Source: a virus (Duplodnaviria > Caudoviricetes). From it: a stretch of 48,152 nt of DNA. A program made the position numbers and the translations under genes. Below, piece after piece: positions 35,757 through 45,918 of this stretch; the first letter of the stretch is position 1; each line of letters starts with the position of its first letter. Location of the stretch: IMG/VR virus record IMGVR_UViG_3300049926_000016, positions 1-48,152 of that record, one strand, 5' to 3'. The notes beneath the pieces are model-generated. The model was not told where the DNA came from. It did no database searches and saw only the letters and a program-made list of their open reading frames with translations.

Positions 35757-38700
35757 CTAGACCGCGATGAACCTATACGACAGGGTCGAGCCCGGAGTCA
35801 GGTTGCCCGGCGTCCCGGTCTTCGTCCACAGCATGTCGAGCGTCACGTCGTTGGTGGCGTCGTACGGGATGACAATGTTCAGTACGGTCGAGAAGTGCTT
35901 GAACAGGGTTGAGGCGCCCGAGTTGATGGTATGCGTGGCCCACGTCGTATGGACAGCCGAGGCGGCCGTCACGGTGACGAGTGTGCCGACCCACTGGTGG
36001 GTCCCGGCGGCCAGTGCGGTACCGCCGCCAGCGACGAACGCCTCCGTAACCAGTTTCTCCGCCCAGATGCCAGCCGTCCCCTCCTGAAGGGCATTGTCCG
36101 GGCCGAACCACGCGCTGATGGACGCCGCCTGATTGGCTAGAATGGCCGACGTGGTATGACGGCAGGTGCAGAGCCAACGGGTCCCGTCGTAGCGGAACTC
36201 CATGCCGATGTCCGAGCGGTAGAAGTGGTCGCCCGTCACCGGACTGGCCGGGAACGCCGCGCCCGTGCGGTTGATGACACCATTGCCCTTCAGGGTGAAG
36301 CCCGTGCCAGCCGATTTCAATTGGGCGGGGGTGCCCGCCGGGAACGCCGTGCCTGTGCCGTCGTGGGTCCCCGACCCCGTGTAGTCGGTGAACACGCGGG
36401 ACGTGAACAGGCCCGTGGCTTGCAGCCAGTAGGTCCCGGCCCCGGTATCCGTGGCGTTCATCAGGAAGTAGGCGCGTCGGTTGTCCGGGTCGTCCGTGCC
36501 ACCGACCGGGATGGCCGGGTTGCCGAACGTGACCTGCTCGCGCCGACGAATGACCAAGCTGGTGCGCGGGCTGACGGCGGTCTCGTGCGTGCCGCCAGTG
36601 GCGTTAGAGTCGTACCACGAGTAGGCACCCCAGAGGGTCGAGCTGGCCGTCGTCCAGTCCCATGCGCTGAACTTCCAGACCTTGGTCGGGGTGCCGATGG
36701 CGAAGCCCCGGAAGACGGTGCCGTCGTGGGTGAGTCCGGAGCCAATTGTAATTGCCTGCCCAAAGTCTCGGTTGGCCGTGTTCGTTAGAGTCGAGCCTGA
36801 CCACGTGTAGCCGTAGACCGCCGAGGTCGTGGCAATCCAGTAGGTAGCCGCGCTCGCATTGAGCGGGTCGTTGAGGCGGGCGCCTCCCCGGAACGTGTCG
36901 GTCGTGCCGCTGAAGGTGGGGCCAGCGACGGCCGTGGCGGTCGTGGCACTGACGGCCAGCGTGCTCGGCGTGACCCAGACCACCTTCATAAACACCCCGG
37001 CCCCGGTGCCGGTCGTGGTCGTGATGACGAGGAGGGTGGACCCGGCGTCGTAGAACAGGCCAGCCTGCGCCTTGGTCCCAGAGATGGCTGTCTGGACGCC
37101 CGAGTTCGTCACCCACGCCAGCGTGGTGCGGTCGTACTTCCAGACGACGCCGTTCGTGTCGAGGGTGTAGATGTAGGTCCCGTCGGTGCAGACGCCAATC
37201 ATCTTGGCGGTCTCCTTGCGGGTGTCCACGTCGTACGTGTAGGTGAAATAGACGTTTGGCTTGCCCGCCGTGTCGCGCGTGCCCCAGCCCGTGCCGTCGG
37301 CAGTGGTCCCGTCGCCCGAGTAGGTGGTCTTTCCGGAGCCGTCATCCTTGTCGTGCTGGCTGCCATCCGTCGAGTTGACGCGGCGGAAGCCGACGCGGTA
37401 GGTCGTCCCACCCGTGACGGCGAGGGCCGATGACAATGTGGCGTTGTGCAGGTCCGAGGCTCCAACGGTCGTCACGCCACCGGAGGCCGCCGTGTAGGTG
37501 GCGCTCTCACGAAGGTTGACGTTCGAGGTATTCCAGACACCGTTGCGCGTCGAGCACGTGCCCGAGCGGCCCGCCATGTAGACGGCGACCTTGGTGATTT
37601 TCAGGTTGGTGGCACCAGCCGGGTTCGGCATGACCATCGGCGTCGTGATGTGCGAGTCGGTCGAGCCGACCAGTCCGTCAGCGGTATCGGAGATGTGTGA
37701 GGTCGAGCCCGAGGTCGTGGTGAACGAGGCGATAGACCCGGTCGCACCGATTGACCGGACGAGCGCGCCCGTCGTCGCGTTGAACTCCTGCGCCACGTAG
37801 AAGGGCGAGACGGTCGGGTCACAGGCGACCCAGAAGGTCCCAGCCCCGGAGTCGTACCCGATGCCCGCACCGATGTTCGTCGGCGTGGCGCCGAGGGTCA
37901 GGCTGTCCACGCCAGCCACCATCGTTGGCGCCGTGCTTGGAGTGGCGACGCCATTCTGGAGGGTGCCGACGAGGCCCGACTCCAATGACAATGCGGTGCG
38001 CAGCGCCGTGGCGGACTGGACCGTCAGGGTGTCGGCGTCCACCTTGCCACGGAAGTAGACCGGGTCGCCGTTCGTCGGGATGTTGACGATGAGGCTGTCG
38101 TCAGTGTCCATGAGCCGGATGCCCGCTGTGTCAATCTCCACGCGCCGGGTGCCGGACTGGCCGGTCTTGATGAGCGACGACAGGACGATGGTGGCGGCGA
38201 GGATGTCGGCCGTCACGGCGCCCGCGTGGAGGAGCGGCGTGGTGATGGAGCCCGGCAGGATTTTCGACTCGGTGATGATGCCGTCCTGCACGTCGTTGGC
38301 CAGCAGGGCGATGCTCGCGGAGAGGCTGTCGTTGCCCGCGATGGTGGTGACGGTAGCCTCGGTGCAGTACGGCCCGGCGTTACCGTAGACGTCCCACTCC
38401 CGGACGCGGACATTGTAATTGGTGGAGCCGAGGCACGGGATGCTCAGCTCAGTCGAGCCCTCCGGCATGTTGTAGATGAGGGGGGACGTCCAGTCGGCGA
38501 CGGTCGTGATGACCTTGACGATGGTGGCCGCCGAGATGTCGGACGTGAAGTCCACGGCCGCGCCGCCGAGCGTCAGGCTCACCTTGAAGTCGTTGGCCGT
38601 CAGGCCGGTCGCGATGACGAAGTAGTCTGGCGACGCGATGGTCAGACCGGCGCCACCCGCCAGTGACATGAACCGGACCTTGTCGTTGGCGATGAGCCCG

Positions 38701-39194
38701 TGGGCGGCCAGCGTTATGAGGTCGGTTGCCGCGACGCCCGTGGCGGTCCCGGGGATGGCCTGCTGGTCCGTGTACTTGTGGGTGATTTGGACCTCCCACG
38801 CGCGGACCTTCGCCTCGGCCGTGTCGTTGAGATGGACGATGAGTCGGGCGATGCCCGACACCATGAGGCTCGACACCGTCGGCAGGCTCGGGGTGGGCAC
38901 GGCGGCAGGCGGCGCCATGGGTTCGGTCGGGTCCGTGATTTGGCTGTACGTGGCGTTGGCCGGGTCCGTGTCCGTGGTCTCCACGACGACCTGCATCGTG
39001 GCCGACGTCAGGGTGGCGAACGTCAGCGGGGTCCCCGCGTCTGTCTCGCTGATTTGGAAGGCGTCAGCGGTCAGCCCGGCGGCCAGCACGTAGTAGACGG
39101 TATCGACGTCGATGGGTGCGCCGCCCACGAGGTTGCTGAAGACGATGCGCTGCGAGGCCGTCAGGCCGTGCGCGACTCGGTTGATGGTGCTCAT
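35757..39194 (-). CDS. Tail fibre / receptor-binding protein (~1145 aa)
   Basis: Start MSTINRVAHG; two AHGL domains, Fn3-like region, ITESKI..GSIT repeats, T/G-rich beta region, FPASPVTGDHFYRSD...YDGTRW. Confidence 0.85.
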   Translation of the reverse strand: MSTINRVAHGLTASQRIVFSNLVGGAPIDVDTVYYVLAAGLTADAFQISETDAGTPLTFATLTSATMQVVVETTDTDPANATYSQITDPTEPMAPPAAVPTPSLPTVSSLMVSGIARLIVHLNDTAEAKVRAWEVQITHKYTDQQAIPGTATGVAATDLITLAAHGLIANDKVRFMSLAGGAGLTIASPDYFVIATGLTANDFKVSLTLGGAAVDFTSDISAATIVKVITTVADWTSPLIYNMPEGSTELSIPCLGSTNYNVRVREWDVYGNAGPYCTEATVTTIAGNDSLSASIALLANDVQDGIITESKILPGSITTPLLHAGAVTADILAATIVLSSLIKTGQSGTRRVEIDTAGIRLMDTDDSLIVNIPTNGDPVYFRGKVDADTLTVQSATALRTALSLESGLVGTLQNGVATPSTAPTMVAGVDSLTLGATPTNIGAGIGYDSGAGTFWVACDPTVSPFYVAQEFNATTGALVRSIGATGSIASFTTTSGSTSHISDTADGLVGSTDSHITTPMVMPNPAGATNLKITKVAVYMAGRSGTCSTRNGVWNTSNVNLRESATYTAASGGVTTVGASDLHNATLSSALAVTGGTTYRVGFRRVNSTDGSQHDKDDGSGKTTYSGDGTTADGTGWGTRDTAGKPNVYFTYTYDVDTRKETAKMIGVCTDGTYIYTLDTNGVVWKYDRTTLAWVTNSGVQTAISGTKAQAGLFYDAGSTLLVITTTTGTGAGVFMKVVWVTPSTLAVSATTATAVAGPTFSGTTDTFRGGARLNDPLNASAATYWIATTSAVYGYTWSGSTLTNTANRDFGQAITIGSGLTHDGTVFRGFAIGTPTKVWKFSAWDWTTASSTLWGAYSWYDSNATGGTHETAVSPRTSLVIRRREQVTFGNPAIPVGGTDDPDNRRAYFLMNATDTGAGTYWLQATGLFTSRVFTDYTGSGTHDGTGTAFPAGTPAQLKSAGTGFTLKGNGVINRTGAAFPASPVTGDHFYRSDIGMEFRYDGTRWLCTCRHTTSAILANQAASISAWFGPDNALQEGTAGIWAEKLVTEAFVAGGGTALAAGTHQWVGTLVTVTAASAVHTTWATHTINSGASTLFKHFSTVLNIVIPYDATNDVTLDMLWTKTGTPGNLTPGSTLSYRFIAV

Positions 39195-42094
39195 GCGGTT
39201 CCCGTCACAGGCACGAGTGTACCATTCGAGTCCACCCGCTTGTAGACCTTGCCGGTCGTGCCGTCGTACCAGTAGAGGCTCGACGCCTTCAGCGGGTCCG
39301 GCGGGGTCCAGCCGAGCTGCCACTCGGGCTGCGGGCTGATGGGGTGCGACGGGATGAGCGCCGGGTCCGGGGCCGAGCTGTCCTCGCGCGGCAGCAGGGT
39401 GATGACGACCGACTGCTCGCCGATGTCCGTGGCCTCCCACGCGCAGGCGTAGGCCGCCCAGTAGCCGGAGCCGTAGGCGTCGGTGTTCACGGCGCCGTCG
39501 AGGATGTGGACCGGGAAGACGTCGCACACGTCCCAGCCTTGGAGCGGCTGGAGGAACAGAGTCCGGATGCCAATTGCAATGTTCTTTCCGAGCTTCGCCG
39601 ATTGCATTGCCGCCTGAAGGCCGCGCCGGTTCAGGTCGGCTTGGTCTTCGACCCCGTCCATGACGGCGACCGTGGCGATGCGACCATACAGGCTGGTCGA
39701 GGGCTGGAACGCCTGACCCTTGATGGTCTTGTAGACGACCTTGACGCCGTCACGGTTGCGGCCGACGACGTGCTGCACGTTCGCCCAGTCCTGCCCGAAG
39801 ATGATGACCCGGTAGCCCTGCACCAACTCGCCGTAGTAGAGTGCGAGGTCGGCCTTGATGCTCCCCGGGTTGTCGATAATCTGGAGCTGGTACGTCCCCG
39901 TCGTGGTCTTCACGACCTTCATGCGGGTCCGGATGCCCTGCCCTTGGCGGTGGCTGTCGAGGAGCCCGCCGATGAAGGACAGCGTCGGCTGCATGGTCGA
40001 GTAGACCGAGACCTTCTCGTTCATCGTGGCGATGGCGCCAATTGCAATGAACCCGACCCAGCCGTCCGTCTGCTTCTTTGCGTAGTTGAGCTGGTCGAGG
40101 ACGATGTTGCGGATTGTCACCTTCTCGTAGTAGGACCCGTTGCTCTTGTAGCTCTTGTTCGGCTTCAGTGGGTCGTACCGCTCGTCAATGATGGTGTCGT
40201 ACAGGGCGAGGTAGTCCACGCCCTTGAAGACGACGTCGGTCTCGGTGGCATCCACGTCCCAGATGACGCCCGCGAACTTCTCCTGCCAGCCGTCGCCCGA
40301 GTAGAACTCGACCGCGTAGTGGACCTGCTTCGGCTGGACGGCCGCGAGCTGCTGGTCGTCCTTCAGGAGGGTGAAGTGGATTTCGCCCGGGCTGTTGTAG
40401 ACGAGGCTGGCCCCGACGTTCTTCGCCTCCTCGAACACGGCGACCAGTCGCCCCGGCGCGCGGCCCACGGTGGGGGTGACGCCGTCGGCCTGAAGGAGGT
40501 CGCGGATGAGGATGCGCCACGGCGCCTTCGGGTTGATTTGGACCGCGTCATAGCTGCCCGGGTCCGGATTGAAGTCCTGCGTCAGGACGATGGTGGCGTA
40601 TGTCCACGCGGAGACGCCTTGCTTCTGGTCCCACTGCCGCGCGCGCCAGTAGTACGTCCCGGCGGCGAGCGCCCGGCCGCTGTAATACTCCGTCCAGTCG
40701 GTGGCACCGAGCGGGTCCGAGGTCTGCCCCGAGTCCCACAGGATGCCGTCCGGCTCGTTCCACGACGACGAGCCCGGGAGGAACGGGCTGAGCTGGACCT
40801 GATGCGAGTCGAGATGGTCTCCCGCGTCCGAGTCACTGAATGTGCCGCCTTGGAACTTGACGAGGTTCAGGCTGGCGAACGATGCGCCACTGACGGGGAG
40901 AAGGGTCGGCGCGTTGGGCGGGGTGTCCGTCAGGCTGATGGTGACGAGCCCGGACCACGGCGACGTCTGGCCCTCTTGGTCCTTGTACTGGGCGCGCCAG
41001 CGGTAGTTGACACCGGCCTGCATGTTGAACCCGTAGTTGCGCATGTCCACTTGGAACCGGGCGTTGGTCCGCTCGGTGTTAGTGGCGACCTGCGTGGCGG
41101 TGGCGATGACCTTCGAGTAGGTCAGGGCCGAGTAGTTCGTGGTGATGGCCACGATGCCCGCGCCGTTCGGGACGGTCCGCAGCTTGAACGCGTTGGCGGT
41201 CAGGCCCGAGGAGTGGACGTAGTAGGTGGCGAACGCCGTCAGCCCGGCGCCGCCCGTCAGGCTGGTGAACCGAATGAGGTCGTTGGCGTGGAGCCCATGC
41301 GCCGTCTTGTTGATGAGGTCAGACGAGGCCGTCGCCGTGCCCGCGACGCCGTTGTCGTAGATTTCAATGTTGGTGGATTGCAATGTGTCGGTGGCTCGGA
41401 TGTCGCTGAAGTCACCGCCGAAGTCCACCACGGACGCCTGCGCCCCGACCGGCACCATGTTCTGCGGGACGTTCGGGATGGTCGGCCCCAGCGTGTAGGT
41501 GATGGTGAGGACCGGCCGCTCCGACACGTTGCCGTGCTCGCGCGACCATGCCGACCAGTTCTGCTTCGAGTCGCTGTACCCGTACAGGCCGAACCCGTGG
41601 TTGCTCGCCTTGCCGCCGCCGGACACGGACGACGGAGCCCACGCCTTGACGATGGTCAGGACGTCGAGCTGGTGCAGAAGGGCGGAGCCCTTGGGCAGGA
41701 CGGTCGGGGTCTTCTGGCCCGACGTGGTGTAGCTCGGGTTGACGTAGTCCGTCGAGTCGAAGTGACCGTCGGCGTTGTTGCCCTCGGTGAAGGCGGACGT
41801 CAGCCGCCGAATGACAATCTTCGGGGTGTCGGTGCTGCCCGGCGCGGTCATAATCCCGGGCTCGCCGGAGGCGCCGAAGCTGTCGTACTCGTCGGTGTAG
41901 ATGTCCAGCGTGGCGGCCGTGATGGTGGCCATGCCCGTGAACGAGATGGGGAAGTGGAGGAACGAGTCGTAGTCCCGGGAGCCTTGGCGCCCGATGTAGA
42001 GATGCTTCGACTTGCCGCAGCCCTGACCGCTGCCACCGCTCGTGCTGTTGGACCGGACCGTGTCCCTGTCTGGGGAGAAGGTGATGACCGGCAC
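39191..42094 (-). CDS. Multidomain tail/baseplate protein (DNRLRE/CBM-like, AHGL domain, Fn3-like, hub-like C-terminus)
   Basis: ITAATLDIY...NHGF...RPVLTITY; YRWRAQ..D and YYWRAR..D Fn3-type strands; C-terminal minor-tail-like region. Confidence 0.8.
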   Translation of the reverse strand: MPVITFSPDRDTVRSNSTSGGSGQGCGKSKHLYIGRQGSRDYDSFLHFPISFTGMATITAATLDIYTDEYDSFGASGEPGIMTAPGSTDTPKIVIRRLTSAFTEGNNADGHFDSTDYVNPSYTTSGQKTPTVLPKGSALLHQLDVLTIVKAWAPSSVSGGGKASNHGFGLYGYSDSKQNWSAWSREHGNVSERPVLTITYTLGPTIPNVPQNMVPVGAQASVVDFGGDFSDIRATDTLQSTNIEIYDNGVAGTATASSDLINKTAHGLHANDLIRFTSLTGGAGLTAFATYYVHSSGLTANAFKLRTVPNGAGIVAITTNYSALTYSKVIATATQVATNTERTNARFQVDMRNYGFNMQAGVNYRWRAQYKDQEGQTSPWSGLVTISLTDTPPNAPTLLPVSGASFASLNLVKFQGGTFSDSDAGDHLDSHQVQLSPFLPGSSSWNEPDGILWDSGQTSDPLGATDWTEYYSGRALAAGTYYWRARQWDQKQGVSAWTYATIVLTQDFNPDPGSYDAVQINPKAPWRILIRDLLQADGVTPTVGRAPGRLVAVFEEAKNVGASLVYNSPGEIHFTLLKDDQQLAAVQPKQVHYAVEFYSGDGWQEKFAGVIWDVDATETDVVFKGVDYLALYDTIIDERYDPLKPNKSYKSNGSYYEKVTIRNIVLDQLNYAKKQTDGWVGFIAIGAIATMNEKVSVYSTMQPTLSFIGGLLDSHRQGQGIRTRMKVVKTTTGTYQLQIIDNPGSIKADLALYYGELVQGYRVIIFGQDWANVQHVVGRNRDGVKVVYKTIKGQAFQPSTSLYGRIATVAVMDGVEDQADLNRRGLQAAMQSAKLGKNIAIGIRTLFLQPLQGWDVCDVFPVHILDGAVNTDAYGSGYWAAYACAWEATDIGEQSVVITLLPREDSSAPDPALIPSHPISPQPEWQLGWTPPDPLKASSLYWYDGTTGKVYKRVDSNGTLVPVTGTA

Positions 42095-42097
42095 GGT

Positions 42098-42763
42098 CTA
42101 GTCCGGGTTCTGCTCGGGCACCTTCAGTGCACGGCTCAGCTTACGCCACTCCTCCTCGGCCACCTGAAGGTCGCTGTTCAGCATCCCGAGGGTGACGTCC
42201 GAGTTGTTGGACCGGGTCTGCCACTGCTTGAACAGGACGCGGGAGCTGGTGAGTCGCTTCAGACCCTCTACTCGGCAGAAGGTGCGGAGCGCCAGCTCCA
42301 GCTCAGCACTCACCGGCACCACGTCAGCATCGTCAGAGATGGGCGCGTAGGGCGAGTAGCCCCACACGCGAATGAGGTCGGTCGTGTAGATGAGGTCGGC
42401 GATGTAGTCCGGGATTTCGAGCTTGCCGTTCCAGACCTCCCACCCGGCGATGCTGTCACGGGCTGTCTGCCCGGCCTTGGCCTTGACCTTGAAGGCGAAG
42501 CGGGCGGGCGTCCCGCGCCAGACCTCCACCCGGACCAGCCGGATTTCGGGGACGGCGACGGGGAAGTCCGCCGACCGCAGCGGGTAGACGAACTGGCCGG
42601 AGACCGGGTCGATGTCCTCTTGGAACTGGTCCGGCGCCACGCGCGCGATGGCGGCGAGGCCCTGCTGGATGAAGTCCCTGACCGCATCGACGTCAAACGT
42701 CTGCTGCGAGGGGTCAGCGAGGTCTCGCGAGACGAGAGCCTGAAGGGCCGAGTATGCCGTCAA
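42098..42763 (-). CDS. Putative head-tail adaptor
   Basis: LQALVSRDLAD...VRDFIQQGL N-terminus typical of adaptors; size and position fit. Confidence 0.6.
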   Translation of the reverse strand: MTAYSALQALVSRDLADPSQQTFDVDAVRDFIQQGLAAIARVAPDQFQEDIDPVSGQFVYPLRSADFPVAVPEIRLVRVEVWRGTPARFAFKVKAKAGQTARDSIAGWEVWNGKLEIPDYIADLIYTTDLIRVWGYSPYAPISDDADVVPVSAELELALRTFCRVEGLKRLTSSRVLFKQWQTRSNNSDVTLGMLNSDLQVAEEEWRKLSRALKVPEQNPD

Positions 42764-42766
42764 GGC

Positions 42767-42961
42767 TTACCCCGGCTTGACTTCGTGGGTGTCCTGCACG
42801 ACGCAAGCGCACTTGGTGCACTGGCGCATGGTCTCATCGACGTGGTCGGACATGAGATGGACCGGCCCGTTGGCCCCGGTGCGGCAACCGCGAGGGCAGG
42901 GGTCGGAACTGGTCAGGACTGTACGTCCCTTTTTGGCGACGGGAGTGCTCATGGTCGCCAT
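42767..42961 (-). CDS. Small Zn-binding protein
   Basis: CPRGC...CTKC. Confidence 0.55.
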   Translation of the reverse strand: MATMSTPVAKKGRTVLTSSDPCPRGCRTGANGPVHLMSDHVDETMRQCTKCACVVQDTHEVKPG

Positions 42962-42964
42962 AGT

Positions 42965-43147
42965 CTACTCCCTCACGTCCCGGGACACAAGGTCCCCGGC
43001 GAGGTACCGCTCGTAGTTGAGCGCGATGTCGGCGTCACGGGCGACGCGGTCGTTGGCCCAGACGCAGACGGCGCATGGGCAGCCATCGAGGGGGGCCGGT
43101 CGGCCGTCGTGGGCGGGGGCAGCGGGGGCAGCGTTCGCGGTCTTCAT
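42965..43147 (-). CDS. Small hypothetical protein
   Basis: ATGA overlap start MKTANAAP; CPCAVC. Confidence 0.55.
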   Translation of the reverse strand: MKTANAAPAAPAHDGRPAPLDGCPCAVCVWANDRVARDADIALNYERYLAGDLVSRDVRE

Positions 43148-44562
43148 GCGTAGGACTCCCAAAACCACATGTGGCTTCCATCGACGGACCCCGGGTCGAG
43201 GACCGTTCCAGTCAGAGTGACAGTATACGCGCTGGACCCGGCGGGCACAAGCGGCCACGTCGTAGCGTTGGTGAAGGTGAGCCAGCTCCGGCGAAGCTGC
43301 TCGACGCCGTTCTCCTCCACCGTAAAGACCTTCTCCCGCTTGAACCGCAGGAGACGCCGCGACACCTTCGAGTACGAGACCACGGTGTAGTTGACCGTGA
43401 TGTTGATGGCGGCGCCACCGGCCGTCAGGGAGACAGCGAAGGCGTTGGCGGTGAGCCCGGTGGCGATGACGTAGTAGTTCGTGTTCAGGGCCAGTCCGGT
43501 CCCCGCCGTCAGGGTCGTGAAGTAGACCCGGTCTCCGGCGACCAGCCCGTGAGCGGTCTTCGTGACGAGGTCCGTACCGGCGTCCGCCGTGGCCCCGGTG
43601 TAGGCCGGGTCGGTGGTGGCCGGAATTGCAATGGTGTAGTTCGAGGCGCCCGCGACGACGGTGATGACCCCCGCCTGTGCGCCGACCGCCATGAGCATGT
43701 TGAGCGGGGCGTTGTACGTGCCCCGGTTCAGGAAGGTGCCGCTGAAGGTCTGGTACTTGGCGGCCTCGACCCGGGTGTAGAGAACCGTGATGTCCACGAT
43801 GGCCCCGCCGTTGGTCAGGGAGACCTTGAAGTCGTTGGCCGTCAGCCCGGTGGCGCTCACGTAGTACGACGTGTTCAGCGCGAGCCCGGTGCCCGCCACG
43901 AGACGGGTGAAGTAGATGCGGTCGCCAGCGACAAGCCCGTGCGCCGTAATTGTAATGAGGTCCGACGTCGCGGCCGTGCCGTTGACGAGGACGACGGTGT
44001 CGGCGAAGGCCACGTCCTGTGGCACGACGCCCTCGAAGGTAGGGTCGCGCATGGCGAACATGCCGGACCACGTCATGGCCATCGCGTCTCCATCCACGCC
44101 GCCGTGGCTGTCCCGGCTGACGGGGGCGTGGAACCCCTTGGGCATCACGAGCGCGCGCATGTCGATGGTGCCGCTCGGGTAGTTCGCTTGGTCGTTGGTC
44201 GGGACGCTGAAGTACAGGGGCAGGTAGCCCTTGTCGCCCGGGATTTCGCGGGCCGCAAGCACGGGGCTCATCGTCGCCCGGAGCTGCCACAGGATGTCGT
44301 AGCACAGGGCTCGGGTCTTGCCGTACACCGTGCCGCCGAGCCGGATGCGCCGCCCGCCGAGGAACGGGTTGCCGACGTCCATGCCGTCCGCCTCCGCGCG
44401 CTTCTCGCTGAACTGGACGATGTCCACGTCATCGGGGTCGAAGGTGTCGATGACCGACCCGGCGATGCCCTTGCCCAGACCATCCGTGCTGTCAACGGCG
44501 TCGGCGACCGCCGAGTCGTTCAGCTTGAAGTTCCGGTAGATGATGTCCCGAGTCGTATCCAT
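43144..44562 (-). CDS. Distal-tail (Dit)-like protein with two AHGL domains
   Basis: SD GGAGG before MDTTRD; GRRIRLGGTV...LRATMSP and NRGTYNAP motifs resemble Dit proteins. Confidence 0.7.
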   Translation of the reverse strand: MDTTRDIIYRNFKLNDSAVADAVDSTDGLGKGIAGSVIDTFDPDDVDIVQFSEKRAEADGMDVGNPFLGGRRIRLGGTVYGKTRALCYDILWQLRATMSPVLAAREIPGDKGYLPLYFSVPTNDQANYPSGTIDMRALVMPKGFHAPVSRDSHGGVDGDAMAMTWSGMFAMRDPTFEGVVPQDVAFADTVVLVNGTAATSDLITITAHGLVAGDRIYFTRLVAGTGLALNTSYYVSATGLTANDFKVSLTNGGAIVDITVLYTRVEAAKYQTFSGTFLNRGTYNAPLNMLMAVGAQAGVITVVAGASNYTIAIPATTDPAYTGATADAGTDLVTKTAHGLVAGDRVYFTTLTAGTGLALNTNYYVIATGLTANAFAVSLTAGGAAINITVNYTVVSYSKVSRRLLRFKREKVFTVEENGVEQLRRSWLTFTNATTWPLVPAGSSAYTVTLTGTVLDPGSVDGSHMWFWESYA

Positions 44563-44581
44563 TGGCCTCCCATGGTACATG

Positions 44582-44616
44582 AACAGGCCCCCTGCCGCAA
44601 TGGCAAGGGGCCTGTT
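44582..44616 (-). terminator. Hairpin after the capsid gene
   Basis: AACAGGCCCC.TGCC-loop-GGCA.GGGGCCTGTT long stem; weak U-tract. Confidence 0.65.
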
Positions 44617-44650
44617 GTTGGTCCGCTAGGGGAGCTTCACGCTCCAGCCG

Positions 44651-45883
44651 CTAGAGCTGGGACGTGTGCTCGATGCGCCGGTACCGGGCGGGGGTGACGC
44701 CAGTGGCGTTGGCACCCTCTCCCATGATGACGGCCCCGAACATGCCCTTCCACCCAATCTGGGTGAGCTGATGCAGCGGGTCCGTGGTCCCACCCGGCTG
44801 GGTGAGGTACGTCTGGATGCTGCCCCAGTCGCCGAAGGCGTACGCCTCCGGTCCGAAGATGACCGCATTGAGCACGTCGTTGACCACGTTGGCCGTGAAG
44901 GCCGAGCTGTCCGACGTGATGTCGATGGCCGCGCCGTTGAGCGTTGCCGACAGCTTGAAGGTCGTCGCCGTGACAGGCGCCACGACGAAGTACGTGTTGC
45001 CTGCGGTCAGGCCCGCACCGCCCGTGATGGCGGTGATTTTGATGCGGTTCCCCGCCACCAGACCCAGAGGGGCCGAGTAGGTGATGAGGTCTGTGGCCGC
45101 GATGGCCGCCGCACCCGCGTTCGTCAGGACCGGGCCGTTGACAGCCGCGAAGCTGACAGCCGCCGGGGACTCGATGAACCGGACGCCTGCGTACCGGCCG
45201 ACTTCCCCTGTGAACAGGGCAGCCGAACCCGCGTAACGCTGGGCGTCAATCCACCCGCCGACCGCCGTGTCGCTTTCGAGGTCGAAGGTCGAACCCGGGT
45301 GCACGATGGCGCGGTAGGTGCCGTCCGAGAAGGTCGGGACCGCAGCAGCCTTCAGGCGAGCGACGGTGAGCTTCACGAGCGCGCCCGTGAGGGCGGAGTT
45401 GCTGTTGATGGTCGCACGGGAGGTTGCCCCACCCGCATACGTGACCTGCGCACCAGCCGACAGGACCTCGGCGACCCTGCGGTCGGCCGTGGCGATGGCG
45501 TTGCGTGCGACTCGGTCGGCGGCCTCGCTCAGGAGGTCGAAGGGCGACTCCATGAGACCGATGTCCGAGAGCTTGATGACGCGGCCTGCCTGATTGGCAG
45601 AGAATTCCTCGTAGCCGATGGCGAGGTCTTCCGTGGTGTTCGGCGCGCCCTCGTTGAGCCACGGGAGCGTGCCCGGGGTCGGCGTACCGGCCACGACGGA
45701 CATGTCCGCGATGTTGATGAACCGCATGACGTTGTTCGTCCCCTTGACGAACGCGGCCTCACGGAAGTTGCCCGGAAGAAGGTGCGGGAGCGGTGCTCGG
45801 AGCAGTTCCTCCAGACGCTTGTTCACCAGAGCGACAACCGTCTGGTTGAAGTTCGTGGTGGCGGTGGAAACGATGGTACCCAT
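44651..45883 (-). CDS. Major capsid protein, N4-gp56 family, with an inserted AHGL-type domain
   Basis: LNEG, AIVHP...DL, W..AQRY, GEVGRYAGVRFIES, FGPEAY, DPLHQ...GWK motifs; SD GGAG. Confidence 0.93.
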   Translation of the reverse strand: MGTIVSTATTNFNQTVVALVNKRLEELLRAPLPHLLPGNFREAAFVKGTNNVMRFINIADMSVVAGTPTPGTLPWLNEGAPNTTEDLAIGYEEFSANQAGRVIKLSDIGLMESPFDLLSEAADRVARNAIATADRRVAEVLSAGAQVTYAGGATSRATINSNSALTGALVKLTVARLKAAAVPTFSDGTYRAIVHPGSTFDLESDTAVGGWIDAQRYAGSAALFTGEVGRYAGVRFIESPAAVSFAAVNGPVLTNAGAAAIAATDLITYSAPLGLVAGNRIKITAITGGAGLTAGNTYFVVAPVTATTFKLSATLNGAAIDITSDSSAFTANVVNDVLNAVIFGPEAYAFGDWGSIQTYLTQPGGTTDPLHQLTQIGWKGMFGAVIMGEGANATGVTPARYRRIEHTSQL

Positions 45884-45918
45884 TGGGGGTGTTTAGCTTT
45901 CTCCGGTCTTGCCGGTGT

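Noticed and set aside
35757-36300. Diversity-generating retroelement target in the tail fibre tip
   Set aside because: No reverse transcriptase gene and no template-repeat copy noticed.
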